A DNA stretch of 64,000 nucleotides from Octopus sinensis. Taxonomy: Eukaryota. The notes under the pieces were generated by a model. It had not been told where the DNA came from. It made no database searches and saw only the letters and a program-made list of their open reading frames with translations. This document shows positions 1 to 13,548 of the stretch, piece after piece. The DNA lies in contig NC_043010.1 of the NCBI RefSeq assembly GCF_006345805.1, positions 10,602,001 to 10,666,000 of the forward strand. The letters run 5' to 3'. The number at the start of each line of letters is the position of its first letter. Position 1 is the stretch's first letter. The position numbers and the translations under genes were made by a program.

Positions 1-164
1 AAACCACACACACCCGGATATGTCTCCGCAAACAATAACTCTCTGCTCGAATGGGCCTTGGTGCCCAAATCCTGAATTGAAAGACTTCGCCAGGTGGTGC
101 TATTAAGTTAGACATGGCCTGGGCCAATACTGGCCAAAACCTTTCTAAGTTATTCTAAGTTAAG

Positions 165-196
<32 letters not shown>

Positions 197-197
<1 letters not shown>

Positions 198-566
198 AGA
201 GTGGCTATGTGGTAAGTAGCTTGCTTATGAACAACATGGTTCCAGGTTCAGTCCCACTGCATGGCACCTTGGGCAAGTGTCTTCTACTATAGCCTCAGTC
301 CGGCCAAAGCCTTGTGAATGGATTTGGTAGAGAGAAACTGAAAGAAGCCCATTGTATATATGTATATATATATATATAATGTATGTATGCATGTTTTTAT
401 GTGTTTGTGTATATGTTTGAGTATCTGTGTTTGTCCTTCCAACATCGCTTGATTACGGATGCTGGTGTGTTTACGTCCCCATAACTTAGTGGTTCAGCAA
501 AAGACACTGATGGAATAAGTACTAGGCTTACAAAGAATAGATCCTGGGGTCGATTTGACCTACTAA
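197..566 (+). mobile_element. tRNA-derived SINE, family A (3'-truncated)
   Basis: A-box-like TGGCTATGTGG, B-box-like GGTTCAGTCCC, CORE-like CCTTGGGCAAGTG and an internal TA/TG tract; matches the other family A copies. Confidence 0.85.
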
Positions 567-1339
567 AACCTCATAAGAGAAAAAATCTGAAAATTTTTTC
601 ACTTGAAAATATTTATTTATATTATATAGAGGGCATTATTACACATAAATGCCACACGCTAGGAGGCACTTTTAAAGTCATAACTACCAAAACTAAACAA
701 ATTGTACCGAATGCAGCTCTCGAAGCAAGACATTTAAAAACAGAATTATATTTATATACACATACATATATACACTGAGTAGATGGGAAAGAGAGAACAT
801 CAGACAAATAGAGGTAAATAGATATTTGCACTTCCTGATACACACACAAAAAAGAGGAACTCTGCAAATAATACGTTAAATGCATTTGATTATGAAAGGA
901 AGACTGTGGCTGTCTACAGCAATCAGTTGAAAGCTGACGAATGCAATGCCTCATTGTGGCGGATCTTGTGTCTGATAGATTTCAGGTAGAATGAATGGCC
1001 AGCTGTGCATTACCCACCCTATCCAGATTTCCAGCAGGACCTTGATTTAATGGTTAGAGATTATTATCCATAATGATTGGAGTGACAATGAACCTGATGT
1101 CCATTACTGGAATTGTGATGCTGACAAATCAAGTCCAGTAGGTGTTTTTTTTTTTTTTTTTTTATAAACCTGGTATTTATTCTATTAGTCTCTTTTACTA
1201 AACTGTTAAGTTAGAGACATGTAAAAGAATTGACTCTGGTTGTTAAGAGGAGGTGTGAGGAACAAACATGACAGGCACTACAGATTGAAGCACAATTATT
1301 TATACTCATTGACAAAATAATACCATACATACATGCTTA

Positions 1340-1611
<272 letters not shown>

Positions 1612-1934
1612 AAGCAGATGCTCTATGGAGAACTTGTGAATGGAAGGAGACTCCGGCAGAAACCAAGGCTGCGATTTAAGGACTGTGTCAAGTCCTCATT
1701 AAAGGCCTGTGATATGCAGGACACTGACTGGGAGAACAATGCCTGTCATCGCCACAGATGGAGGAAGCAGGTTAAGTAGAGGATCGACACTTTAAGAGAG
1801 CACGTATCCAGCATGAAGAACTTAAGTGAGCTGCGCGAAAGCGCACGGCTTGTATAGTGAATGGGGAAAGCTTGGTCTGCAATGTTCCTGAAGGTCGGGA
1901 ATGGTCATCCTCGGTCACAAGTGGACGGCCATCA
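1612..1934 (+). mobile_element. RTE-clade LINE 3' fragment
   Basis: Translates [54 protein letters not shown], the RTE ORF C-terminal pattern (KQxLYGEL...RxKD...WE..A.xR..WR), with stops. Confidence 0.8.
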
Positions 1935-1992
1935 TATATATATATATATTATATATATATATATGTATATATATGTATGTATATATATATAT

Positions 1993-2170
1993 GTATCGTT
2001 AGCCACTACACACATTTTTTTTCTCTCCTTGCTTTTTCTGTGTTCCTTTCTGTAGAAGAGCGTAGGCTCGAAACGTAAAAGACTTTTTCTGTTCCTGAGC
2101 ATTATACTAATACATCTGTTTGTTTTGTACACCACCCATCTTTATCTTTTGTTTTTTTGTAAACTCTCCC

Positions 2171-2172
<2 letters not shown>
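1993..2172 (+). mobile_element. Family E short element between TA tracts, with hammerhead-like motif at 2046-2081 (putative Penelope-like)
   Basis: cttt-CTGTAGA-a-gagc-gtag-gctc-GAAA-cg-TA-aaag; further copies at 2953-3133 (+), 31179-31369 (-) and 36842-36956 (-). Confidence 0.65.
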
Positions 2173-2204
<32 letters not shown>

Positions 2205-2461
2205 ATACACACACACAAATGTATGTATATACAGCTGTAAATTGTAAAACATAACTGTCACCACAACTACATGAACCTGAAGATTGCATAGTTTAAAGCA
2301 TGTAAGTACTAGTTCAATCAGAATGGATATTTAATATTCTATCATTTTATTATATTATATCATCCTATGTTATATTATTATGAGATTCTAAATATAACAT
2401 GAAAAGCAAAGTTGGAATTTCTTTGGATAATATATTCTTCTATACACAATCAAACACACCC

Positions 2462-2561
<100 letters not shown>

Positions 2562-2572
2562 GTATATTATAT

Positions 2573-2894
2573 AAGCAGATGCTCTATGGAGAACTTGTGA
2601 ATGGAAGGAGACTCCGGCAGAAACCAAGGCTGCGATTTAAGGACTGGTCAAGTCCTCATTAAAGGCCTGTGATATGCAGGACACTGACTGGGAGAACAAT
2701 GCCTGTCATCGCCACAGATGGAGGAAGCAGGTTAAGTAGAGGATCGACACTTTAAGAGAGCACGTATCCAGCATGAAGAACTTAAGTGAGCTGCGCGAAA
2801 GCGCACGGCTTGTATAGTGAATGGGGAAAGCTTGGTCTGCAATGTTCCTGAAGGTCGGAAATGGTCATCCTCGGTCACAAGTGGACGGCCATCA
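2573..2894 (+). mobile_element. RTE-clade LINE 3' fragment (duplicate copy)
   Basis: Near-identical to 1612-1934, with a 1-bp deletion. Confidence 0.8.
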
Positions 2895-3128
2895 TATATA
2901 TATATATATTATATATATATATATGTATATATATGTATGTATATATATATATGTATCGTTAGCCACTACACACATTTTTTTTCTCTCCTTGCTTTTTCTG
3001 TGTTCCTTTCTGTAGAAGAGCGTAGGCTCGAAACGTAAAAGACTTTTTCTGTTCCTGAGCATTATACTAATACATCTGTTTGTTTTGTACACCACCCATC
3101 TTTATCTTTTGTTTTTTTTGTAAACTCT

Positions 3129-3179
<51 letters not shown>

Positions 3180-5203
3180 AATGTATGTATATACAGCTGT
3201 AAATTGTAAAACATAACTGTCACCACAACTACATGAACCTGAAGATTGCATAGTTTAAAGCATGTAAGTACTAGTTCAATCAGAATGGATATTTAATATT
3301 CTATCATTTTATTATATTATATCATCCTATGTTATATTATTATGAGATTCTAAATATAACATGAAAAGCAAAGTTGGAATTTCTTTGGATAATATATTCT
3401 TCTATACACAATCAAACACACCCATGTATATATATATATATATATATATATAGATTTAGATATAGATATATAGATATAGATATATCTATATACATACATA
3501 CATATATATATATAAACATACACACACATATGTGTACATATACACACACATACATACACACACATGCACACACACACCCACGTGCATGTATGTGATGAAC
3601 TTCTTAAAATTTCTGTCAACCAAATTCACTTTCAAGGCTTTGTAGAAAACACCTGCTCAAGGTGTTGCACAGTGGGAAGGAATTGGAAACCAAGTGGTGG
3701 GTAAGCAGGCTTTTCACTATACATCCATCCTTGCAACTATAACTGAAACGAGAATCAATTGGAATGGTCTCACTGGTAGCGTTCCTTATTAAGTTAGCCC
3801 CCCAAAAGATCTCATTGTTTGCATGTAAGTCACACAACATATATTAAATGATTGCAGTTAAATACACAGTGAGTGGGAGTTCTCCTGCTCAGTGTAGCAG
3901 TCAGACACAGTATTAAATCATAATATCTGTATTAAAGTTTATTGTATCAAGGTTGGTAGCACTACCAAAGTATTGTTCAATAATATGTAAACTTATTGAA
4001 ATACATGATACTTGTCAGAACTGGTAAACAAATTTTCCCCGTGAAAAATTATTTCCAGATATATGTGAAAATTGAAATAAATCTTTTAGTTATTTATTTA
4101 TTCTTGTTTTATTTTTATTTTTATTTTTATTTTATTTTATGTTATTAATTTTTTTTTTCTGTGAGATAAACACATAGTTGCTATCAAAGTTTAAGCAATT
4201 TGTGATTGAAACAAAATTTATGATTGGTTTGGGATAACTTTCCTCATAAACAACATATCGAGCTGCTTGTAATTGAAACATGAAAAATGTATTTTTTTTT
4301 AATAGCTTTTTCACCAAAATTTGTTTTTATTCTTTCATTGCCCTTTACAATACGAATGACAACATACCTGTATCTCATTATATCATTTGAGCCTATATTC
4401 AAACATACATACATTCATAGACACACACACACACATACACACATACATATATATATTTCTATATGTACATATTATAAATAACACATAGTTATATGTATGT
4501 GTATGTATGAAGTATATGTATGATATCCATTGTCCAATTGATATTGGATGTTATGTGATTCTATAAAACTTTGTTATCTTTATCACCTTCCAATTTGGAA
4601 TGATATTCTCTGCCGGTTTTGTTTTTCAGTATAAAAACATTTTGAAAGTTTGAATTTTATTATCTGAAGGTTTTTGCTTTCAATATATGTACACACACAC
4701 ACACACATATGTCTGTGTGTGTGTTTGTGAGTGTGCACATGTGTTATGTGGATGTATATAAATTAAACAAGATGTAACCAAGATATATATGTGTGTGTGT
4801 GTGTGTGTGTATGCGTATGGGTGTGTATTTGTGTGCATGATTGAGTGTACAAATATAAATATAATTATGGATATATATTATATATATAATATAATATATA
4901 TATACATATATATACATATATATATATATATTTATATATACATATATCATATAACCCCACCATTTACTGACTTATATATATATATATGTATATGTCTATA
5001 TATATATATATACATGCATATATATATACATATATATATATATATCATATATATATCATCATATATATATATGTAACTATACATATATAAAGATATATGT
5101 ATGTGTGTGCGTGTATGTGTGCATGTGTGTAGATGTAGATAAATAGGTGGATAGGTAGATATACATAAATATATATGTATATGAATATTTATCTATTGGT
5201 CCA

Positions 5204-5237
<34 letters not shown>

Positions 5238-5325
5238 ACATATGTGTATGTGTGTAGAAACCTACACACATATATACATATTTCATGTACTTAATTTTTT
5301 CCATTTCACTTAAAAAATATGATTT

Positions 5326-5368
<43 letters not shown>

Positions 5369-6184
5369 ATCTGTCGAAACTAACTAGAAGTTAACTGTAT
5401 ACTTATATTGTTACCTAGTAATGTTTACTCAGTTAAATTCTGTTTGATGTTTTCATGAGAAACAACAAAACAGGTTTAAGAAGATTTTACTTTGCATTAC
5501 AATATTAAGTTTAGGTGTCTGGCAATTCTCAATTCATATACTATCACAGAATATTTTGATACACTGACTATTAGTGAAAAGGGTGAGTGATTTCTTACGT
5601 ATTTCATTAATATATTTTTTTAAAAATTCATTTGTTGGTCTCAGTTACTAGATTGTAACTGTACTGGGATGCCAACATCAAGGATTTTAGACAAATTATA
5701 TTCAGCCTAGAGTGTTTGCTTTTAGATACTTATTTTGTCAATCATTGCTGAAGTGAGTAGCTAAGTCACCCTTTTGAGTCAACTACTATATTTTACCAAC
5801 TAATGGTGCTGTGTTAAAATAACACACACACAGACACATATACACAATCATACACACATATATTCATAAATAGCTAGATAGATGGATACATACAGACGTT
5901 CATACAATTATACATACATATATATATACATACATTCATATTTACATACATACATAAGTACATACATATATATATGCATATATATACATAAATATATATA
6001 TATATATATAATATATATTTAGTAGCTGATTTCTTACATAGGAGCAAATTCATTGCTGAGAAGAATCACTGAAATGAGTCATTGATGATGCAACGTGAGG
6101 TCTTTGAATGACTCTTGAGCCTGGTGAAAGATTTGCACATTCTATTGCATAATGCACAGCTATATATATATCTATATTATATAT

Positions 6185-6223
<39 letters not shown>

Positions 6224-6407
6224 AATATATATATATATGTATCTATATATATGTATGTATGTATGTATCTATCTATCTATCTATATCTATCTATCTATCT
6301 ATCTATCTATATATATATATATATATATATTAGGTGGTCATGAATGTTCTTTTGGAATTTTTAATTTTGTTTTTTTTTAATTTTAGTATTTTTAAATTCA
6401 TTTTCAT

Positions 6408-7157
6408 TAAATTCGGTATGTGGTAAGGCAATTCGTTGCTAAACCCTTTATTGCTTAGTATTACTTAAATTTTCCTCGAATGAGGCTTTTACATGCCGAA
6501 GACTACTTGTGTAATTGATAATTATTCCAAATTAATTAATTTCACCCTTCATTATTACGGATAACATATTTTATCTCAGTAGATGACCACAGCATCTTGT
6601 TTTGGCTACACGCGGGTGGGAAGGGGCTGGTGACACAATCTTTTCATTCACGCATTGAATTTGGTGATACTAGTTGCGGATTCTAGCTCGCTCTGATACT
6701 GAGTTGAGTTGGTGCCTTCTAGTATCTCAAAATTCAATATATAATCATTTATGATTATAGTATTCTACGCTGAAGAGAAAAGAAGTTTTTGGTAAGATAG
6801 AATTATTTAATATTTAATTCTTATGCTTTCCTAAAAACTTGATTTCGAAACGTACGTCCGTAGATAACTTAAAATGTATGATAGATTGCCGTCAATTCAT
6901 TCTCTCTTACCTGTTTGTGTCTGCCTTCCAATTGCTGTTTTTACTGAGATCTCCCTTTTTAGTAGAAGAAATAGCTATAACTCTTTGACTGCTATTTCTA
7001 AATTCGGTATGTGGTAAGGCAATTCGTTGCTAAACCCTTTATTGCTTAGTATTACTTAAATTTTCCTCGAATGAGGCTTTTACATGCCGAAGACTACTTG
7101 GTGTAATTGATAATTATTCCAAATTAATTAATTTCACCCTTCATTATTACGGATAAC
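6408..7157 (+). mobile_element. Hammerhead-bearing non-coding element with terminal direct repeat (Penelope-like or retrozyme-like)
   Basis: 6408-6565 is repeated at 6999-7157 (period 591); contains the ribozyme at 6764-6864; ends in a TA tract; related copy at 9372-9717. Confidence 0.7.
6764..6864 (+). ncRNA. Type I hammerhead ribozyme, intact core
   Basis: Stem I tctacg/cgtaga; CTGAAGA 6770-6776; long stem II (gaaa/tttc, aagttttt/aaaaactt, gaatta/taattc); GAAA 6847-6850; CGTACG; GUC cleavage after 6858. Confidence 0.85.
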
Positions 7158-7183
7158 TATATATATATATATATATAATGAAT

Positions 7184-7249
7184 AGTAATAATGTGTTTTG
7201 AATGGCACAACAATGCATTTTTCTGTGCCATTCAAAACACATTATTACT
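7184..7249. repeat. Perfect 26-bp inverted repeat with 14-nt loop
   Basis: agtaataatgtgttttgaatggcaca (7184-7209) pairs with tgtgccattcaaaacacattattact (7224-7249). Confidence 0.9.
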
Positions 7250-7383
7250 TAAATCCTTAAAAATGTTTTAGCCCGAAGGCCACGGCCATGCTGGGGCACC
7301 ACCGCTGAAATATACTATGTATTATTATTGTTTACAAACAAAACACAATGCTTCAAGCGAACTACAATGCTCTCATATATATG

Positions 7384-7414
<31 letters not shown>

Positions 7415-7417
7415 ATA

Positions 7418-7648
7418 CAGTGTTGGCCAAAAGTCACCCAACAGTAAATCAAAATTCCAAAATTCTACAAAAACTATCTGTGATTCTGTAATGGCTCAAA
7501 TGGGAAAATGAGTTGCTTCAGTTTGATCAATTTTCATGATGTTTCGTATTTAGATGCTTTTATTAAATTCATTCAGTTGTGAAACATAAATAAATCCTGG
7601 AATTAAATGGTTTTGATTTACTGTCAGGTGACTTTTGGTCTACCCTAT
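7418..7648. mobile_element. Tc1/mariner-type MITE
   Basis: Imperfect TIRs of about 35 bp (cagtgttggccaaaagtcacccaacagtaaatcaaaa / ttttgatttactgtcaggtgacttttggtctaccct), TA at the left end. Confidence 0.7.
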
Positions 7649-7651
7649 GTA

Positions 7652-7698
<47 letters not shown>

Positions 7699-7715
7699 GT
7701 ATGTATGTATATTTG

Positions 7716-7747
<32 letters not shown>

Positions 7748-7763
7748 ATACACACACACACAC

Positions 7764-7830
<67 letters not shown>

Positions 7831-7834
7831 CATG

Positions 7835-8133
7835 TGAAGGTGCAATGGCCCAGTGGTTAGGGCAGCGGACTCGCGGTCGTAGGATCACGGTTTCGATTCC
7901 CAGACCAGACATTGTTAGTGTTTATTGAGCGAAAACACCTAAAAGCTCCAAGATGCTCTGTCAGGGGGTGGCCATCCCTGCTGTACACTTTCGCCACAAC
8001 TTTCTCTCACTCTTTCTCCTGTTGGCCTGCTCGCTTAGCCAGCAGGGTGGCATCATTTGAAGGCTAAAACAATGCGAACGCATTGTGACCAGTGATGTGT
8101 AGCAACATCTGATGGTCTGGTCGGTCACGTGAT
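7835..8133 (+). mobile_element. tRNA-derived SINE, family B, tail type 2
   Basis: tRNA-like head (TGGCCCAGTGGTTAG...GTTTCGATTCC), shared body, tail ggcctgctcgcttag...tcacgtgat; tail alone also at 51586-51695. Confidence 0.85.
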
Positions 8134-8542
8134 ATATATACATATATAGATAGATGGACAGACAGACGAACAGACAGGTAGATAGACATGTGATTAGTAA
8201 GTGTGTGTGTGTGTCATAGGCTTCTTCACACTCTCACCCTGCTAAATTAATTTCATGAACACTTGATAGTGTAATATTTCTAATTATATATATCGCTAAA
8301 TGAACACAGGAAAAAAAATAACCATAATACAAGCAATTCTTTTCTGCACTGTACATATACTGTGTCATGTATAATTCATTAATGTTTCATATTCATCTTG
8401 AAATGTGTTTACTAGATATGAAGTGCTGTGATGTACTAACATGAAACCTGTAACTCCCAAGGAAGCAAGTCTATCAGAATATTGCAAAATATTGGCTGCT
8501 GCCAAACAAAACTGAATAGGGCTGCCCAACATTCTACAAAGG

Positions 8543-8618
<76 letters not shown>

Positions 8619-8651
8619 CTTTATTTAAAGCTGCAGAAAATTCAACAAAAC

Positions 8652-8689
8652 CTGTTACTCTGAGTTTTCCGTTGCCGTTCATTGGACAG
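8652..8689 (-). ncRNA. Hammerhead-like motif, degenerate core (family F)
   Basis: Minus strand: ctgt-CCAATGA-acggcaacg-GAAAA-ctcagag-TA-acag. Confidence 0.5.
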
Positions 8690-8822
8690 TTTTTGCTATG
8701 AATATATGTGTGTGTGTGTGTGTTTGTATGTGTCTGTGTATATATATATATATGTGTGTGTGTGTGTATATGTATATATATGTATATATGTGTGTGTGTG
8801 TATATATATATATATATAATGT

Positions 8823-9198
8823 GGAGGCGCAATGGCCCAGTGGTTAGGGCAGCGGACTCGCGGTCGTAGGATCGCGGTTTCGATTCCCAGACCGGGCGTT
8901 GTGAGCGAAAACACCTAAAGCTCCACGCAGCTCCGGCAGGGGGTGGTGGTGATCCCTGCTGTACTCTTTCACCACAACTTTCTCTCACTCTTACTTCCTG
9001 TTACTGTTGTATCTGTATTTCAAGGGGCCAGCCTTGTCACTCTCTGTGTCACGCTGAATATCCCCGAGAACTATGTTAAGGGTACACGTGTCTGTGGAGT
9101 GCTCAGCCACTTACACGTTAATTTCATGAGCAGGCTGTTCCGTTGATTCAGATCAACCGGAACCCTCGTCGTCGTAACCGACGGAGTGCTTCAATCCA
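8823..9198 (+). mobile_element. tRNA-derived SINE, family B, tail type 1
   Basis: Near-identical to 20468-20849 and 33710-34097. Confidence 0.9.
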
Positions 9199-9206
9199 TA
9201 TAAAAA

Positions 9207-9242
9207 CTGTCCGATGAACAGCAACGGGAAACTGAGTAACAG
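9207..9242 (+). ncRNA. Hammerhead-like motif, CCGAUGA core variant (family F)
   Basis: ctgt-CCGATGA-acagcaacgg-GAAA-ctgag-TA-acag; element continues to about 9350, with a partial copy at 37071-37160. Confidence 0.55.
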
Positions 9243-9371
9243 GTTTTGTTGAATTTTCTGCTGCTTTAAATAAAGCATATTACTCTACTACTGGTATTTG
9301 AGTACTCTTTTTTCCACCTTGTTTCACATTTATGTGTTTACACCGGTGTATATTTATATATATATATATAT

Positions 9372-9611
9372 ATACTAAGCAATAAGGGTTTAGCAACGAG
9401 TTGCCTTACCACATACCGAATTTAGAAATAGCAGTCAAAGGGTTATAGCTATTTCTTCTACTAAAAAGGGAGATCTCAGTAAAAACAGCATTTGCTGTTT
9501 TTACTGAGATCTCCCTTTTTAGTAGAAGAAATAGCTATAACCCTTTGACTGCTATTTCTAAATTCGGTATGTGGTAAGGCAACTCGTTGCTAAACCCTTA
9601 TTGCTTAGTAT
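9372..9611. repeat. Perfect palindrome, arms about 119 bp, 2-nt spacer
   Basis: 9372-9490 is the reverse complement of 9493-9611; the sequence is the terminal module of the 6408-7157 element. Confidence 0.9.
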
Positions 9612-9716
9612 TACTTAAATTTTCCTCGAATGAGGCTTTTACATGCCGAAGACTACTTGGTGTAATTGATAATTTTTCCAAATTAATTAATTTCACCCTT
9701 CATTATTACGGATAAC

Positions 9717-9748
<32 letters not shown>

Positions 9749-9753
9749 TATAA

Positions 9754-9990
9754 TCATCATCATTATTTAATGTCCATTCTCCATGCTAGCATGGGTTGGA
9801 TGGTCTGCCCAGAGCTGGCAAGCTGGAGAGCTACATCATCAGGTGCCAGTCCGATTTGACATGGTTTCTATGGCTGGATGCCCTTCCTGACACCAACCAC
9901 TTTACAGAGTGTGCCGGGAGCTTTTACGAGGCACCACATGAGTGCTCTTATGTCACACCAGCAAAAGTGCTTTTTACATGGCACCAACAT
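9754..9990 (-). mobile_element. SINE family D (RTE-type tail), diverged
   Basis: Reverse complement matches 18325-18648 (ggaagggcatccagc...catgctagcatgg...gatgat). Confidence 0.75.
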
Positions 9991-10177
9991 AGGACCCTTG
10001 CAAGCCAATCCGCAGCCTTAACACTGTGGAGCAAATATATTCATATTCATATATATATGTATGCACATCTATATGTATTTATATACATATATACGTATAT
10101 ATATGAATATAAATATATGTATGTGTATATATATGTGTGTGTGTTTGTGTGTATGTGTCTGTATATATATATGTGTG

Positions 10178-10225
<48 letters not shown>

Positions 10226-10228
10226 ATG

Positions 10229-10279
<51 letters not shown>

Positions 10280-10378
10280 TAATAATAATAATAATGATAA
10301 TAATAATAATATTAGGAAATATAATTCCAAACTTACAGGGAAAAATTCAATTTAGAAATACTAAATCAAATTTCACAA

Positions 10379-10423
<45 letters not shown>

Positions 10424-10645
10424 ATAAATTAGAAATAAACCACCTTTTATCAATTCAACAATGAAAACATTTAATTATACCATATAGAAAAAAATGACAT
10501 CCTAAGTAAAAGATTGAATATATGATAAAAACATATACCAATGATTAAGTTATGTACAAAATAATAAATAAAACGTATATATTTGGTAAAATGACTACAC
10601 GTGTTTCGTGGCTATATTTAAGAACTGATAACAGTAAAATCAATT

Positions 10646-10979
10646 CAGTCACACTCATGCACAACACAAAAGCACTCTTACTCATTCCCATTCACAGATA
10701 TCAATTCTGTCATCATCGTCATCATCATTATCATCACCACCATCATCATCATCATACTCAATTTAACACCAATTGTTCTTTGCTGAAGTAGGTTGAACAG
10801 ATATTCAGTAGAGCATATTGCTATACATTTTGATCATATTTAATCACTTTTCTCTCTTTTGAGATGGAACAGTTTAATATCTGATCTCACAACCACTTCT
10901 CTTCTCTTAGTTCTTCAACTGACGTAGTTACCATTCCCCAGCAGTACACAACACTTTTTAAATTTGGTATCCATCAGTC
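10646..10979 (-). repeat. Inverted duplicate of 14871-15213 (old RTE-like 3' end plus flank)
   Basis: Colinear reverse-complement match that includes sequence beyond the (GAT)n tail. Confidence 0.85.
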
Positions 10980-11029
10980 CGTTACTTCACTTGATTATAT
11001 GTATGTATATATATATATATATAAATATA

Positions 11030-11185
11030 TAGATTATATTAAATTAGAGATAAAACCACTATTAGACAAATCAAACAGTGAAAAACATAAGCCAATACAT
11101 AAAATTAATTTAAAATATAAAAGTTAAAAATAAAAAATTATTTAAATAATTTAAACTCATAAATTTTATATATATATACAAATAT

Positions 11186-11217
<32 letters not shown>

Positions 11218-13295
11218 ATATATATATGTATATTTTTATATTTATATATTATTTTATTTATTAATTAATTGATTTATTTATTTATCTATTTATTTATATA
11301 TTTAAAAAAATTTTTTTTATATATATATCAAAAGTATTAAAAGTTTAATAAAAGATAAAGAGTAAAACACTACGATCGTTTCATGGCTGTGCCAATTCGA
11401 ATAACAATAATTTAAATTCAAATAATAATTCGAGTTATGGTTACAGTCAATCTTCAGGTTAATTGAAATATTAAAAAAAAATCAGAAATATTTAAACAAT
11501 ATTTTTAAGATATAAATAATATAATAATTTTACTTATAATAAACTCTATTATCAAACTAGAAACTTAAAACTTAACAATTATGATTATATCAAAATCAAT
11601 TATAATGTTAAATATTAATTTTAATTTATAAGGTAGGAAACCCACCAATAATTTAATATTGGTAATAGTCTATATCTAATTACATAAATATTTTTTAAAA
11701 AATAACTATTATATATAAAAATTATCAATGAAAATATATAAATGTATATAAATATTATAATGAAGATCTAAAATAATCTCTATAAATAAATATATATGCA
11801 CATATAATAAAAACCTAATAAATTAATTTTTCATATTTAAAGATGAAATAGCTAATTTCAAAAATACAAACAAACAATCTTAAACGAACTTTCGGAAATC
11901 TTATGTAAAATACTTATAGAAATAATCAATTCGTAGTTATATAGTATCGAATAAATACTATAAATACTATAAATATAATTATCAATGGGAATAGCTAGCG
12001 TATATCAATTTTGAAAGACAATAACTAAGTTATGCTATTAAGTTAGACATGGCCTGGACTAATCTTTAGCCGAAACATATCTAAGTTTATCAAAGTTTAT
12101 CTAATTTTAATTATAAGAAATTTAAAACTACCATTAATACTATTAATACATGTATATACAAAAGCCTAACTTTAGACACCTCGTATATTTGCTATAAACA
12201 TAAATCTATCGCTAAGTAGTATCTTACGAATAAACTTAAATTTAATATCTAATAATATAAAAAATTACGATAATTAGATCATTACATAAACAACAATATT
12301 TACATAAGGAAAGTATTATTACACCAAAGACTTATAAAATATTAAAATTTACAATATGAAGATCTTAAATATAAATAAATACTTATCTTAGCGAGGTTTT
12401 GTAATGAACTAAAATTTTGAATCGGAAAACGTCTTTACAGCGTTTATAAAAATACTCGTGGAATTACGTTATTAGCAAAGAAAGAATAAATTGTTGAAGA
12501 ATCCATTAAGTGTGAGGAATAAAAATACGCTTTATCAATGACGCTTTATCAATGAAGATTAATGGTTTATCAGTGTAAATAGAATGAAGTCACAAAAAAG
12601 AATAAAATCACTCTATACTATAAGATTTATTAATAAAATAATTATGATAAATAATACTTAATAAAAATAAATTAAATAATTTAAATGATTAAAAACCACT
12701 AATTATTAAATATATTCTAAAAATCTTATATGATTAATAAATATATAAAAAAATTTTTATAGTAACCCCTCATCATACTATAAAGTCTTTCCCCATGCTC
12801 TTATAATTATAAGCTAAAATTAGTGATCATAACCAAAATCTCTAAAATACTTATCAAAATTTGCAGTATAACTATACATACGTATATATATATATACATA
12901 AATATACACACATATACACATATATACACGAATTATTAATTGAATTTAAATTATTGTTATTCGAATTGGTACAGCCATGAAACGATCGTAGTGTTTTACT
13001 CTTTATCTTTTATTAAACTTTTAATACTTTTGATATATATAAAAAATATATATATATAAATAAATAAATAAATAAATTAATTAATTAATCAATAAATAAA
13101 ATAATATATAAATATAAAAATATCCATACATACATATATATATATATTTGTATATATATATAAAATTTATAAGTTTAAATTATTTGAATAATTTTTTATT
13201 TTTAACTTTTATATTTTAAATTAATTTTATGTATTGGCTTATGTTTTTCACTGTTTGATTTGCCTAATAGTGGTTTTATCTCTAATTTAATATAA
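11030..13295. mobile_element. AT-rich fold-back element with 370-400-bp inverted arms (putative Penelope-like)
   Basis: 11030-11432 is inverted at 12930-13295; the arms carry a hammerhead-like GAAA-CGATCG-TA; flanked by TA tracts. Confidence 0.65.
11366..11462 (-). ncRNA. Hammerhead ribozyme motif, stem I decayed
   Basis: Minus strand: CTGAAGA-ttgactgt...acagccat-GAAA-cgatcg-TA; 3' half repeated on + near 12970-12994. Confidence 0.6.
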
Positions 13296-13374
13296 TATAA
13301 TATATTTATACTATAAAATTGGATTTAATCCTAAATCTCATTTTTCCCTGTAAGTTTTGGATTTATTCCCTAAT

Positions 13375-13406
<32 letters not shown>

Positions 13407-13460
13407 TATACAACCTCTTTTGTATCTACCCCGTTGATGTTTGGGAATTCTCTGATGTTT

Positions 13461-13548
13461 TTTCGGCTGACGAGTACGAGCCATCTGTATTCACTGCATT
13501 TTTTGTAGCTTATTAAGGATGTCCTCGTACGAAACGATCGTACCGAGA
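13461..13548 (+). ncRNA. Type I hammerhead ribozyme, intact core
   Basis: Stem I tttcgg/ccgaga; CTGACGA 13467-13473; stem II gtacgag/ctcgtac plus catc/gatg; GAAA 13531-13534; CGATCG; GUA cleavage after 13542. Confidence 0.85.

Noticed and set aside
8823-8895. tRNA-like sequence (also 7835, 20780, 30474, 33710)
   Set aside because: SINE heads with no proper acceptor stem, continuing into SINE body
11430-12930. Possible NUMT or Penelope ORF in the AT-rich core
   Set aside because: No mitochondrial gene, tRNA, RT or GIY-YIG motif recognisable by eye; left unassigned
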